The position numbers were made by a program, and so were the translations under genes. The notes under the pieces were generated by a model. That model saw nothing but the letters and a program-made list of their open reading frames with translations. It was not told the DNA's origin and made no database searches. A stretch of DNA of 64,000 bases from an uncultured Methanomicrobiales archaeon (GTDB taxonomy: Archaea; Halobacteriota; Methanomicrobia; Methanomicrobiales; Methanospirillaceae), in NCBI GenBank assembly GCA_963697895.1, contig OY969100.1, positions 1,792,001 to 1,856,000 of the forward strand. Reading direction: 5' to 3'. Positions 33,531 to 45,400 of this stretch are shown here, piece after piece (positions within the stretch are counted from its first letter, which is position 1; the number at the start of each line of letters is the position of its first letter).

Positions 33531-34908
33531 CTATTTTTTGTCACTGCCTGCCGGTTTTTTCCGGGCGGCAGCCACGTTGGAAATTTTCGGGACCGTATCC
33601 AGTCCCCTGCTCCGGTGAAGCAGCATCTCGGCACGATCGAAACAGTGTTTTGCCTCGTCATTTTTCCCCAGTTCCTTATTGCAGAGCCCGATATAATTCC
33701 AGGCCTTCCAGTTATCCGGTTCCAGCTCGATCGCCCGCTCGAACGAAGGGATCGCCTGTTCTATTAAGGTGAAATCGCCGTTGGATTTTCCGATCTTTTC
33801 CCGCAGTTCTCCCTGATAATAATAGCATCCGGGATCCTTCTGGTCCAGGAAAATTGCCTGGTCGAAGCTCTGGAGGGCTTCCTCATACCGTCCCAGTTCC
33901 TTTAACGAGATCCCTTTGCCTTTCCATGCCCTCGCGTTGTCTTTTTCGCGTTCGATCGCACGGTCAAAGCAGGGGAGGGAATCTTCGAACCGCCCCTGCT
34001 GCTGTAACGCATATCCCTTCTGGAACCCCGTCATCTTATCCTTCCCAAAGATCCGGTCCATAAATCCCGCGGGTTTTTCCGAAAGATCCTTCTGCTGCTG
34101 CAACCGGGAATGTCGGACATCGGTGACGTCATGCACAGACTCGATAGCGGCGAGCAGGATTCCCTCCCGGTCATATATCCGCCTGACCTTTACCCAGAGG
34201 TATGCCTCCCTCCCCTTCAGACTTCGCCTCTCCGATCTCCGCGTTATAGGCCTCCCCCTCCTTCTTCGCCTGCGGATACTGCTTGTTCAGCACGACATCG
34301 TCGTTCTTCAGGACATAATCGATCAGGATCGGTTTCCGCTCGCCGTAGAGCGCGAGGGAATATTCTTTATTCCCTTTGTGCAGGATTTCCGCCGCTTTCA
34401 CCCCCGTCAGGGTTTCCATCGCCTTGTTCCAGGCGATCACCCGTCCGAAATGGTCTATCGCAAAGGTTGCATCGGGGAGGATGTCGATAAGATCGACCGA
34501 TTCCATCGTTAATTTAAGCGAGTTCTCTGCCTCCCGCCGCTGGACGGCCATCTCTATCATCTTCGCAAGCTCGGAGAACCGCCGTTGGGGATCGTCTTCC
34601 TTGGTTAAATAGAAATCCGCGCCATTGTTCAGCGCCTCCATCGCCACGAACTCCCGGCCCTTCCCGGTGAACATAATAAACGGCACCCGGTCTCCCTGCA
34701 TCCGGAGCATCTTGAGAAAGACGAGCCCGTCGATCTGGGGCATCATGTAATCGGAGACGATCACATCGAACGATCGGGTCTTCAGGATCCCGATCGCTTC
34801 CGGGACGTTCCTGCTCGTCTCCACCTGCATGTAACCCGTCCGTTCGAGGAAGATGCGGGTCAGCTCGAGGACTGCCGGGTCATCTTCCACGAGGAGTACG
34901 GAGATCAT
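33531..34908 (-). CDS. Receiver-PAS-TPR protein; frameshift near 34220
   Basis: LLVEDD...SDYMMP receiver, PDATFAID PAS, TPR repeats AWKGKG/AWNYIG in ORF 33531..34136. Confidence 0.8.
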
Positions 34909-35159
34909 ATTGAGTCACGTATATTGGCTGTCGAATAGTTGATAATTAATGATGTCTTGAGCAGATAAAAGATTGGTTCTGTGAGATCACCCCTGGGGAA
35001 TGATCACCGGGATGCATTGTTTTTCAGGGTATTTTCTCAATCGATTTTTCTGCGTATAACTGTCCGATAAAGATTTGGGGCGTAAAAAATTCTGCGATGT
35101 GGCTGATGTTAATATTAATCGGGGTAATTAATATGTATCTTTAAATTAACTCGTTCATC

Positions 35160-35582
35160 ATGGTGGAAAATCTTTCGCAGGGCGGAAAAAAAGCGATAAA
35201 GATTCAGATTCCCATCTTTTTCAAACTCATGGTAAGTATGCTTCTCGTCGCGACGATTCCGGTGGTTCTCCTTGGCATCCTTTCGATCGGCGGCACGGGA
35301 AGTATCGTTGCGAATATCGGCCTTGAATCGACGATCATCCTCATTACCGCAGTTACCCTGGTGATCGTCCTGATGTGGAGCTTCTTCCTCGCAAGCAGCA
35401 TCACCAATCCCATCATCCGATTGACCAACACTGCCCAGAGCATGAGCCAGGGGGAGATCAAAGCATCGGAGATCGAGGTAACATCCAATGATGAGGTCGG
35501 AGAGCTCGTCACGTCGTTCAACAAGCTGATCAACACCTACATGATCCTCGATACCCTTTCCAGGGATGATATCGGCAGGTAG
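35160..35582 (+). CDS. Small two-TM HAMP-domain protein
   Basis: ITNPIIRLT...NDEVGELVTSFNKL after two hydrophobic helices. Confidence 0.82.
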   Translation: MVENLSQGGKKAIKIQIPIFFKLMVSMLLVATIPVVLLGILSIGGTGSIVANIGLESTIILITAVTLVIVLMWSFFLASSITNPIIRLTNTAQSMSQGEIKASEIEVTSNDEVGELVTSFNKLINTYMILDTLSRDDIGR

Positions 35583-35590
35583 CGGGAACT

Positions 35591-35944
35591 ATGGCCGTAT
35601 TACATGACCTCCTGCATAAACTGTTCATCATCAACGGGGTGACCGCTGTTGCGGTTATTACGGGCGAAGGCCGGGTGGTGGAGAGCCTGGAGACGGAGAC
35701 CGTCGACGATGCGCAGCTTGCGGCGGTCATCTCGTTCGTGATGGCCGAGTCGGGTGTGATGGCCAGAAAATTCGGGAAGGAAAATCTCTCCCTGGTTTAT
35801 CTGGAGTTCCAGGACCGGGTGCTGATATCGGTTCCCCTGAACGGCCAGTTTGTTATCGTCTTCATCGCGAAGCCGAACACCAATCTTGCGCAGATACATG
35901 CCGAACTGAAGAGGGACAGGGATATGATCGTCGGGGCACTATGA
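35591..35944 (+). CDS. Roadblock/LC7 (MglB-like) protein
   Basis: 117 aa, INGVTAVAVITGEG...AAV...NLAQI pattern. Confidence 0.82.
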   Translation: MAVLHDLLHKLFIINGVTAVAVITGEGRVVESLETETVDDAQLAAVISFVMAESGVMARKFGKENLSLVYLEFQDRVLISVPLNGQFVIVFIAKPNTNLAQIHAELKRDRDMIVGAL

Positions 35945-37110
35945 TCGGAAACCTTCCGGAAGGTACATTTATCGGCCGCATGAAGGCCTCTATCGAATGG
36001 GTGATCTCGCATACCGCCCGGTTTGCAGGAGTAGTCATCATAACGATCCAGGATGGTTCCGGTTTTATTCTGATCGACAAAGGAAAGCCCCTCTATTATT
36101 ATTTCAGGCATGGACAGCAGACCCTGGAGGGGAACAACGCGTATGATTATTTCCATAGTTTCCCGGTTATTTCGTTCGAGCTGAAACGGTACGATCCCCG
36201 GGAAATGTCCGAGGCGGATGACCAGATTCGATCAGCGGGAATAAAGCCCGTTCCGGTGGCACCCCTGAACGGGGATCTGAACACGGTCGACTTCCTGAAG
36301 AACGCTCACTCGGGAAATTTGTCGTCCGGTATCCCGGCAGCGTCCCCTGACCTGACCGATTCCGTGGAGACGGGAATTTCCCGGGAAGATACCATCCTGT
36401 TTGAAGATATCCTCGAAGATGAGATCCCGAAGGAGAAGACCGGGGAGAACACCGGAGGGAAGACCGGGGAGATCGCCAGGGGGGACCCTTCTGAGAACAC
36501 CCTGGAGCAGATCGGCAAGATCACCGTGGGGTCCTCTTTGGAGAACACCATGGAGATCCCGGAGGCGAAGACCGGGGAGAGCACCCCGGACCACACGGGG
36601 GATAGCACCATGGAGATGATTGTGGAGAGCACCCCGGATAATGAGGAGGATATATCTATGGAGATGACCGTGGAGATCGCCGTCCGGCAGATCGTCTCCG
36701 ACGAAACAGGGGAACGCCCCGTGATATCGCAGGACGACTACACGGACGAAGGAATGCTCTCGCGGGTGGGGGAACTCCTTCTCGGGCAGCTCGTCGGCAT
36801 CCCCGGTGTTCTTGCCGTCTCTCTCTTCAACCGGGATATACATCTCCTCTCTCTTGGGGAGGTGAATCTCGAGCACCTCGTCGACGCGGCCGAGGACCTG
36901 ATGTACGGCGCACGCGAGGTCTCCTCGTTGGGGGAGATGGGGCCGTTCGTGCAGATGACGCTGCAACTGCCGAGCGGGAACGTCATCATCGCACCCTACT
37001 GGGACGACTACCTCTGCATCCTGACCAGTCCGGATATCAACCTCGGCCAGATCAGGAAGATCGTCCGGCACATTCCCCCGGGACAACAGGCGATCCCCCG
37101 AAAGGCATAA
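35941..37110 (+). CDS. Protein with DUF2226-like N-domain, acidic repeat linker and C-terminal roadblock domain
   Basis: NLPEGTF..G.I.....G.ILIDKGK N-terminus; IPGVLAVS...INLGQIRK C-terminus. Confidence 0.65.
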   Translation: MIGNLPEGTFIGRMKASIEWVISHTARFAGVVIITIQDGSGFILIDKGKPLYYYFRHGQQTLEGNNAYDYFHSFPVISFELKRYDPREMSEADDQIRSAGIKPVPVAPLNGDLNTVDFLKNAHSGNLSSGIPAASPDLTDSVETGISREDTILFEDILEDEIPKEKTGENTGGKTGEIARGDPSENTLEQIGKITVGSSLENTMEIPEAKTGESTPDHTGDSTMEMIVESTPDNEEDISMEMTVEIAVRQIVSDETGERPVISQDDYTDEGMLSRVGELLLGQLVGIPGVLAVSLFNRDIHLLSLGEVNLEHLVDAAEDLMYGAREVSSLGEMGPFVQMTLQLPSGNVIIAPYWDDYLCILTSPDINLGQIRKIVRHIPPGQQAIPRKA

Positions 37111-37193
37111 AGAATCTGGGGGAAACATATCATCCGGGAAAAAGAGCGGAACCCGAGAAAAAAAATCGATCGTCAGATACGTGAGGCCGGCCG

Positions 37194-37832
37194 ATGCATA
37201 CCATTCTTGTTGTGGATAATATCCCCGCGATCGTCGACCTGATCGCACGGATGCTTGAGCAGGGGGGCTATCGGGTACTCCGCGCCGGAGGCGGCGAGGA
37301 GGCCCTCGCGGTCCTTGAAACCGCAAGACCGGACCTGATCCTTCTCGATATCGTGATGGAACCGATGGATGGCTGGGAGACGCTCCGAAAGATTAAATCG
37401 GGCGATTCCCCTACGTCCACCATTCCCGTCATGATGATGACGGTGAAGCACCTGACCGTCGAAGATGTGGAGGAGTTCGGTCCGCTGATCGAGGACTACC
37501 TCAATAAACCCATAACCCGGCGTGAATTACTGGATGCGGTCGAGCACTTTTTCCATCACCGCGACCACATCGAGGTCCAGATGCAGATCGCCGGTGAGCT
37601 GGGCGCATCCCCCGCATTAATCGATGAATACCTGTCGCTCTCCCGGATCACGGACGTGCAGCAGCACCTCATCCATATCCTCCAGCATGCCCGGACGAGC
37701 GAATTTTTCACCCCCGAACGTCGCGAGGAGTTCGTGGCTGCGATCAACCTGATGCAGAACGCGGTGAACGAGAAGATGGGCCGACTCGAAGAGATTAAAG
37801 CTGAGTTTGGGAAGATCGGGGTGACGATGTGA
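37194..37832 (+). CDS. Response regulator receiver with helical C-terminus
   Basis: ILVVDN, PDLILLDIVMEPMDG, YLNKP. Confidence 0.88.
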   Translation: MHTILVVDNIPAIVDLIARMLEQGGYRVLRAGGGEEALAVLETARPDLILLDIVMEPMDGWETLRKIKSGDSPTSTIPVMMMTVKHLTVEDVEEFGPLIEDYLNKPITRRELLDAVEHFFHHRDHIEVQMQIAGELGASPALIDEYLSLSRITDVQQHLIHILQHARTSEFFTPERREEFVAAINLMQNAVNEKMGRLEEIKAEFGKIGVTM

Positions 37833-37897
37833 CGGTTCTGGTGTGGCGAGTTCGATGGGTTTCAGAATAAGTTCAAAGGGTCAAGAATAAAAAATTA

Positions 37898-38799
37898 GGT
37901 GATTATGTAACTTCGACCCCTACCAACATGTAAACCTAGGAGGAGATCATATAAATCTTGCTCCCGGTGATTATATCTCCATTCCATTTCTTTGATGTAA
38001 TAGAGAAATTTCTCTTTTGAGATCCCATGATGTTTAATCAGCCTCTCCTTCGCAAAGGACCAGAATCCCTCTATACCATTGAATAGACCTTTCCCTGCTT
38101 GAATTTGAATGAATGATCGATACTCAAATGTCTAAAACCGCAAAACATGAGAGAGTCATAACCCCGCCATCTGTCGGTGTACACAATAGACCCTCTTCTC
38201 ACTCGTTTCACAGTTTCCGTCATAAGCGACTCAGCTTTTACATCCTGAATGATGTTAACTGAAACCTTTTCTCCTCGTTCCAGGATCCCGAATACGATGG
38301 TCTTGTGACCCGCACCCCTACCCCGTTTCCCTTTTCTTTTACCACCAAAGTACGATTCATCTGCTTCAATCTCTCCCTTCAGGATCTCATCATATTTCGC
38401 CAATTCTTCTGCGATAACCTGGCGAAGCAGATTAAATCCTTTGAGGGTAGTTTCATAGCTTAAGTTCAATTCACTCGATGCATTTTTCGCAGATATCGAC
38501 AATTCAAACAGTTTAATCAAATATAACCATTTTGAAGGAGAGATATTCATCAGTGAAAATTTTGTATCTTTCAGGGGCCAGCAAATCCTGTTTGCATTGC
38601 TTGCACCGGATTCGTTTACTGCCCATGAAATAATATTGGTTAGAATTGCAATAGGAACAGAATCGTTCCCCGATTCTACCCCAGAGGTATTCAAGAGCCT
38701 GATTATCATCTGATATCAGTCTCCCGAATTCCTTCGTTTCCATGTGTTGCATAGGATCCATCCTTCCTTAAGGTTAGGGGTGGACTCTACACAATCGCC
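37898..38799 (-). mobile_element. IS1595-family insertion sequence (902 bp) with terminal IRs and 8-bp TSD
   Basis: Ends GGTGATTATGTAACTTCGACCCCTA / rc GGCGATTGTGTAGAGTCCACCCCTA; AAAAATTA at 37890-37897 and 38800-38807. Confidence 0.9.
37903..38761 (-). pseudogene. IS1595 transposase with two frameshifts (~38580, ~38075)
   Basis: Zn ribbon CSYC..CKQC; EADESYFGG..GKRGRGA, VYTD, then GFWSFAK...KEMEWRYN in another frame; 3' end approximate. Confidence 0.8.
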
Positions 38800-38979
38800 A
38801 AAAATTATTCTTAAAAATATCCAGCGCAAATCTTTCGATGGAATGGTTCTCTCAAATGATAAATTTTTTAAATCATTGATTTTTTTATAATTCTGTTGAA
38901 ATTCTCGAGGAAGTTTCCTTCAAAAAATAACTCACGTCAATATTGTTAACCCGTAACGGATAATTGTTTTAAAAAATTA

Positions 38980-39801
38980 TTATAATGAGAGGATAGTCAC
39001 ATTATAGGTCTTTATTACGAGTTTTTCCACATCCGGGTCGAGAATAAACGTCGAATAAAATGCATCACTATCAACAGGTTGCATTTTTAATGAAGGGCTG
39101 TTGAAATAGTTACGCCATGCAATATTGTAATTATTCTCATTATCCGCTTCGTATTTCACTGTTACAGAAGAACCTGACGGGACATCGTACGTGGTTTGTT
39201 TTGCATCCACAAGTTTCATCCTGACGGTCCCTATAGCGGTTTGTGAGAAATCATCCGAGGCGTTCAAAGTGATGAACGACATAACGAAGGTGTTTGGTCC
39301 ACCCGTTGGTTCGTCATAGAACCAGCGGGGTTCCGCAAGCATGGCCGACCCAGTGGGGGAACTCCAGTACCGGACATGGACCGCACCGTTCTCAAGACTT
39401 ATCGTGGCTGTTCCATCCTGGGAATTATAATTTATCTCCCCCGGTGAGAAAGTGCCTTGTGGTACCCCATCTATATCGACAGTAAATTTCGATTTCAAAC
39501 CAGCACCAATTTCCGGTTCCTTTTGAATCGACATCGTGCCTCCTGCCACCTGAAGAGTTGTTTCCTTGTAAGGAACAATTTTATACGTCAGGCTATTCAG
39601 ATCATTCTGGATCACGATCATATTTCTTTCCATATTTCGGACATTCGTGTTCTGCTGTTCCTGAAGGAGCATCGGATACCCATAAAGGGTGACCAGAGCA
39701 ATCCCAAGGGTCATTATTCCGAAAAGGAGGATGAAACCGATAGCCTCTGATACTCCGCTCTCAAAAAACAATTCATTATCTTGTCGTTTCACGATGGACA
39801 C
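38980..39801 (-). CDS. Pilin-like protein (class III-like signal, SG/VSEAIGFILL)
   Basis: N-terminal G-VSE + hydrophobic helix. Confidence 0.7.
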   Translation of the reverse strand: MSIVKRQDNELFFESGVSEAIGFILLFGIMTLGIALVTLYGYPMLLQEQQNTNVRNMERNMIVIQNDLNSLTYKIVPYKETTLQVAGGTMSIQKEPEIGAGLKSKFTVDIDGVPQGTFSPGEINYNSQDGTATISLENGAVHVRYWSSPTGSAMLAEPRWFYDEPTGGPNTFVMSFITLNASDDFSQTAIGTVRMKLVDAKQTTYDVPSGSSVTVKYEADNENNYNIAWRNYFNSPSLKMQPVDSDAFYSTFILDPDVEKLVIKTYNVTILSL

Positions 39802-40265
39802 CCGCCTCCCGTAGAATTATAACACATCTGATTGATTCCACCGCTTGAAGTACTTCCTTTCAATCCTAATGTAGAACCAATACCCGCAAGAGGGATCTCA
39901 ATTTCGAGGAGATCTCCCGATATCAAAATTTTCTCCTTCCCGTATCCTCCTTCCGATTGTTGTATATCAACCATATACCCCTTTCCTGCAATATCATCAG
40001 GGATGTTAAAGTTGGTCACGACCAGGCCTTCTTTGTTTTGAACATAGGGAGATATGACGTAGAGATCGACCATTCGAGTGCTCACCCCATTTCCAACGTC
40101 GATATATGCGTGGTGTGTCAGGGTATATAGGGGATTCTGGATGAAGACCGGATAAACGGAAAGAAGAATTATTGTTATGAATAAAAGGAGCATACCGGTT
40201 ATCAGAATATATTCGACCAGACTGGCGACCCCATCTTCCCATTGATCACAGCTGAACGATCTCAT
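39789..40265 (-). CDS. Pilin-like protein (EDG/VASLVEYIL)
   Basis: Class III-like N-terminus; overlapping operon. Confidence 0.68.
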   Translation of the reverse strand: MRSFSCDQWEDGVASLVEYILITGMLLLFITIILLSVYPVFIQNPLYTLTHHAYIDVGNGVSTRMVDLYVISPYVQNKEGLVVTNFNIPDDIAGKGYMVDIQQSEGGYGKEKILISGDLLEIEIPLAGIGSTLGLKGSTSSGGINQMCYNSTGGGCPS

Positions 40266-40590
40266 GATATCTGGTCACTCCATTATTGTAATTTATTATC
40301 AGCGAATCGGATGTTTCACTAATACCAACAACAGCATACTTCCGTGATAACGAAAGGCTAGTGATATCTTTATTCACTTCTGTGAGATCCGTGGTCATAT
40401 TCCGCGATTCGAATACCTCACTTCGCAGATCCTGGATATCCGACTTGGGAAAGTCGAGAACGCTTTCCGCAGTTGTCTGGCCAACCAGGGTTGATTGATT
40501 TACAATTATCGCTAAGAAAAAAATGCTGACGCTGATTATAAATCCCATAAGTAATATCCATTGTCCATCCTCATTTATCAGTCGCGCCAC
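40246..40590 (-). CDS. Pilin-like protein (EDG/QWILLMG)
   Basis: Class III-like N-terminus. Confidence 0.68.
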   Translation of the reverse strand: MARLINEDGQWILLMGFIISVSIFFLAIIVNQSTLVGQTTAESVLDFPKSDIQDLRSEVFESRNMTTDLTEVNKDITSLSLSRKYAVVGISETSDSLIINYNNGVTRYHEIVQL

Positions 40591-41102
40591 ATCAAAACCT
40601 CCAGTAAGACAGATTGTGATCGTGTTTTATCGATCGGAAGGGACGGGTTAATTCCTGTTACATTGGTTACTAAAACCCGCCGTGTAACCTTTACCGTATG
40701 CTCATGGCCGGTTACATCTCCTGTCAAGCCCGAATGAGAAAATGGATAATGATCGATCGTATCGTCATCGATTTTGCGATAATATACATCGGAACTGAAT
40801 TTTATCTCTTCTGCCCAATTCTGTGAATTTGCTTTGGACAATGTTGAGAATGCCGTCCTGAATGCATCCGTATCATTTGTGCGGATATAGACTTCCAATG
40901 GGCTTTCCATGGTATCATCGAGGGGTGTATCCATAACAGCCAGAACATCTTCACCGAGTTGTTCCTGTTGCATATCGAAGATATGAGTATCTCCCGGGGT
41001 AAAGACGGTCGTCGTACTGATGATCAAATACGCCGTTACGATCATGAGTATCCCGGCAGCAATGCCTTCAATAGTGTAGAGAATGCCTCCATCGTTCACC
41101 AT
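40578..41102 (-). CDS. Pilin-like protein (DGG/ILYTIEG)
   Basis: Class III-like N-terminus. Confidence 0.68.
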   Translation of the reverse strand: MVNDGGILYTIEGIAAGILMIVTAYLIISTTTVFTPGDTHIFDMQQEQLGEDVLAVMDTPLDDTMESPLEVYIRTNDTDAFRTAFSTLSKANSQNWAEEIKFSSDVYYRKIDDDTIDHYPFSHSGLTGDVTGHEHTVKVTRRVLVTNVTGINPSLPIDKTRSQSVLLEVLMWRD

Positions 41103-42208
41103 ATTCTCACCTCCAGGACTGCAGGAGTAAGAACGGTGCGATCGAATTCGGATGTTGTGATATCAGGGTTGTAATCATAACCGTAGTCTCCCACGAGGTA
41201 TGTTCCGTTTGTTAGATTACGAATGGTCATTTTGACATCGATTGAATCGACAGGACCGATATTCGGGAAGTATCTGCGGGTAAAATAACCCGGCTCAATC
41301 TCAATATATGTTCTATTATTTACCGGTTCATCCATGGCGACGCCGATATCAGGGAATCGCTTTACATAGTTGGGATCATCGTAATTTTTAAGAAGAATGG
41401 TCGGAGAATCCGGTTCGGGATCTTCGCACGTGGGGGAACAGACCTGTAGATAGGTCATATGATACGTATCCGATCCGTTGATGCCTTTCAGATTGATAAC
41501 CGTCTGCTCCACTGCCGGATAAATCATATACGCGGGATCTCCTTGAGAAATATTCCGGAAACTGTAGGTCACCGTGATTTTACCTGATTCATTCTTTACG
41601 GGTAAGTTTGTAAGGGTGAGGCCTGTGGTTTTCTTTACAAGGACAACCCTCCTGATGTATCCCGTGGAGGTATTATCTGGTATTTGGCTTCCAACATAAA
41701 CTGGATTGGATCCATCTAGCATCATGAAAGAGATGTTGAACTGGTAAGGATAATCCCCGAATATGATCTTGTCTTTATAGAAATCTTGGTCGTAATTCGT
41801 TGAATTAAAGAATTGTGTTATTTTGTGTGACATAAGCACGCGGGGGGGAGTATCATAATAATACCTTGGGAGCATCAATCCCATTCGGAGTGTATTGCTC
41901 TCATGATATTGATTGTAATATTCTGGATAGATGAGATCCCAGGAATAACGGTCCGGTGCTATATACGAAATCCCAACTGTCTCGTCAATCTCCCCTGGGT
42001 CCTCGACAAGAATCACCCCTGTCCGGTATGCAACTGCATCGAAATCAATGGTCTTGCTCTGGAGTCCGATTAGAAGCGCAGAGGTCATCGTTGCCACAAT
42101 GGCGAAAGCAATCAAAAATATCGATAACCCGACAATGAAATCGAGGGATGACTGAGCAGAGTCGTCAAGAGAGATTGATTTTACCATTATGGACTTTTTA
42201 TCAATCAT
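41096..42208 (-). CDS. Large pilin-like protein (DSA/QSSLDFIVG)
   Basis: A/QxSLDF class III-like motif, LVEDPG. Confidence 0.7.
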   Translation of the reverse strand: MIDKKSIMVKSISLDDSAQSSLDFIVGLSIFLIAFAIVATMTSALLIGLQSKTIDFDAVAYRTGVILVEDPGEIDETVGISYIAPDRYSWDLIYPEYYNQYHESNTLRMGLMLPRYYYDTPPRVLMSHKITQFFNSTNYDQDFYKDKIIFGDYPYQFNISFMMLDGSNPVYVGSQIPDNTSTGYIRRVVLVKKTTGLTLTNLPVKNESGKITVTYSFRNISQGDPAYMIYPAVEQTVINLKGINGSDTYHMTYLQVCSPTCEDPEPDSPTILLKNYDDPNYVKRFPDIGVAMDEPVNNRTYIEIEPGYFTRRYFPNIGPVDSIDVKMTIRNLTNGTYLVGDYGYDYNPDITTSEFDRTVLTPAVLEVRIW

Positions 42209-42418
42209 TTCTCGTATATCCTCTACTACCAGATTCCTCTGAAATATATATAAGGCATGCGTAAAACTCTCTGATTAATCTTCTTCATGGCGATTAAATT
42301 ATTAAAATAAAATAATATTATAAATTATCACGGAAAAATTTTCTATTTATAAATAGATCCTCATTTTTAGATAGTTATATTAAGATGAATATTATATCAA
42401 GAGTGAGGCTTAAGAGAG

Positions 42419-45400
42419 GTGGTGTGGGGGATGACCTACGTACGGACAGTTATACTCGTAATTCTGGTCTTCGGATGTGTAATATATTCTGCGTCGGCAC
42501 TTACTCCGGACGATATACGGATATTCAATAGTAGTAAGAGATGGGTAGTCGCAAATGGATCAGATAGTGCAAATATCACGTTGGTAATGTTCAATTTGAG
42601 CACAGGGCAACCAGTCAACAACTCGTATGTCACTTTTTCCGTGAATGATTCGCTTCTTGGTACGGTATCGTCCCCGTCTCCGATAATCAATGGAACTTCC
42701 AGGACAACGTTCCACACAAAGATAAAAAGCGGAACTGCACTCATAACAGCCAACATTTCATATTACACAAATGATTCAGACCCAAACTCGTTAAAATCAA
42801 TGAATCTGTCCCTCACCCAACTTATCGATCATGATATACCGGCAAAAATTCCATCGGGGGGAATAATTCTCCCACCGGATGGCGAAGAAAGGGTTGGAAA
42901 CTACACTCCCATTGGGATACTCATTCAGGATAATCATGCGAACCCTGTAGATAATCGACGTGAAGTGGATGAAGGACGAGAAGCGGAAAAAGTCCTGTTC
43001 TCAGTGACAGGATCCCCTGGCGCGCCAAATTCTACTGCTTACTTCATGCCCGGGGCGGTAAAAAATCTCACGGCAGAGGTTAATGGGACCGGATGGGCCA
43101 TGACAACATTTCGTCTTGACATTCGCCCCGGGCCGAACATCATCAAAATTGATCCATTGACGTTTGTTCCAGACCTTAAAAGGACAATCTTCGGGGTTGC
43201 AGATGGCATGCCATGGTTCATCACCAGTAGGATTTCCACTAGTGAGGGTTTTGAGAGAAATTATACCCTTGCCGACGGGATACAGAAATTTTATATTCTC
43301 TATAAAGTTGAAGACGAATACCACAATGGTGTCCAATTGAAGGATATCCTAATCAATACTGATATCGGTGAAAACTCCATAGTAACCACCAATGCAACAG
43401 GATATATTGGGATCGATTATGGTCCGAAATCCGATATGGGAGATGTTTATATTACGGCTAGAACCGCCCAAAACTCTTCAGTATGGATTTCTGATTTGGT
43501 CCGGTTCGTCAATCTCACTGCAAATGATATGATTTTTACCGCAAGTCCTCAATCAATGGCCAGTTATGACGCAAAAAAAAGTAATGCCACGCTACAAGCA
43601 CTGGTCATCGATTCGGAGGGAAATCCAATTCCAACCGGTGAACGAGTGAAATTTACATTGTCGAATATCCAGGGTGATATTCCTAATATGACAGCTCAGC
43701 CGAGTCTGAGGAATGAAACCGACAGTGGGAAAAGTGTTGTATGGGCTACTACCAACGATCTGGGCATTGCAACTGTTTACTTGAAGCCATGTTCATTTAT
43801 GGATAACGAAAGTGCCCAAACGTTCAAGGTCCAGGCAACCGCAACCTGTACGGTGGCCGCAGAATGGGTTAATCCAAATGGCACGATAATTGTTCGCTAT
43901 ATACCTTTCACCTTCAAGAATTATCCCTATCTTTCTGTAATGACCTCAGTTGATCAATCAAAAGTGAATGTATCAGGGACTGTAAATGTGACATTGACCC
44001 TGAAAGGTGATGGGTTTTTACTTGATCCAAAACCCGTCGATGTAATGCTGGTGATTGACAAGTCAGGAAGCATGGAAAGTTATCAGATTTACGATGAAGT
44101 TACAAAGAAATACATCAGCCGCATGCAAGCTGCAAAGAATTCTGCAAATAATTTCACCTATCTAATGAACAGTACAACGGACCGAATTGGTCTTGTGGCC
44201 TTTGATTTTGAAAGTACATCTGCTCCCAACCAATCGCTGACAAATAATTTCCCCGGAGTTAGGTCAAAAATCAATGCTCTAGATCCAAATGGTGGTGCCA
44301 CCGCTATGCGTTCTGGTATCAAGAGGGCTTTGGATCATATGATTGCGAATCCCAATTCAGATCCCCGGGCAATTCGGGCAATTATTGTAATGACGGATGG
44401 CAATTGGAATAATGGCGGGAGCCCACTCGCTGTGGGAAAAGGGTACTCTTTCAATAGTGAAAGCTACGAAGAACGTGATTTGGGAGTCCACGACAGTTAT
44501 TGGAATAAAGGGTTTACTGGATGGGCAAAATATTTCGAGGAAATTGATTATCGCTGGTATGATGGGTTAGGTGGTAACATTACTGGGAGATTCAATAATG
44601 TCCCCGTGGTGTATGAACCTGCGGAATACGATGCTGCGAGCGGCGCATTTGTTGGTCCAATCGATATTCGTAACCAGAGTGATGTTTATTATTGTACTGA
44701 TGGGCAGTTCACAAATCAAAATATGTCCATATATGCAGACAATAATGGCATTAAAATTTATGCAATTTCTTTTGCGATGAATATTCCCCAAGAGGAACGA
44801 GATGCTCTTACCACTTTAGCAAATTCTACGGGAGGATTTTACCGGCACGCACCTACATCCCAGGAATTGACCGAAATTTATGCAATCATTGCAGGAGATC
44901 TCAGAAAACATGCAGGAGTTAATACCACATCCAATGTCAGTTTCCAGAATGTGGTGGTCAAGAACGTCACTGTTCCGGGGGCGGATACCTTTGATTATCA
45001 ATTTATTAACGGAATTTCAACATTCATTGAACGCTGGAAGACGGGATTCAGCCCAACCTATCAGACAACCCGAAATGATACCCAGAATTGGACAACCCAC
45101 CATTCATTCAACTTTAACGACATTGGCACGATGGATATTAACGACAATTGGCAGGTGACATTCAGTCTTCGCGTGCTCAGGGAAGGGGATATTCACGTAT
45201 TCGATCCCGACTCCGTTATCACTTTCGATGATGGAACAAAATCGTTACACATCCCTGATACTGTCATAAATGCAATAGCTAACCTCAGAAATGAAAGTTT
45301 TGACTCAGGAGAATTTTATGAAGAGGGAATAAACGTCACCCAAATTTCTTCGACCAGGTATGAATGGACATGGAATAGAACATATACAGGAGAAAAGCCC

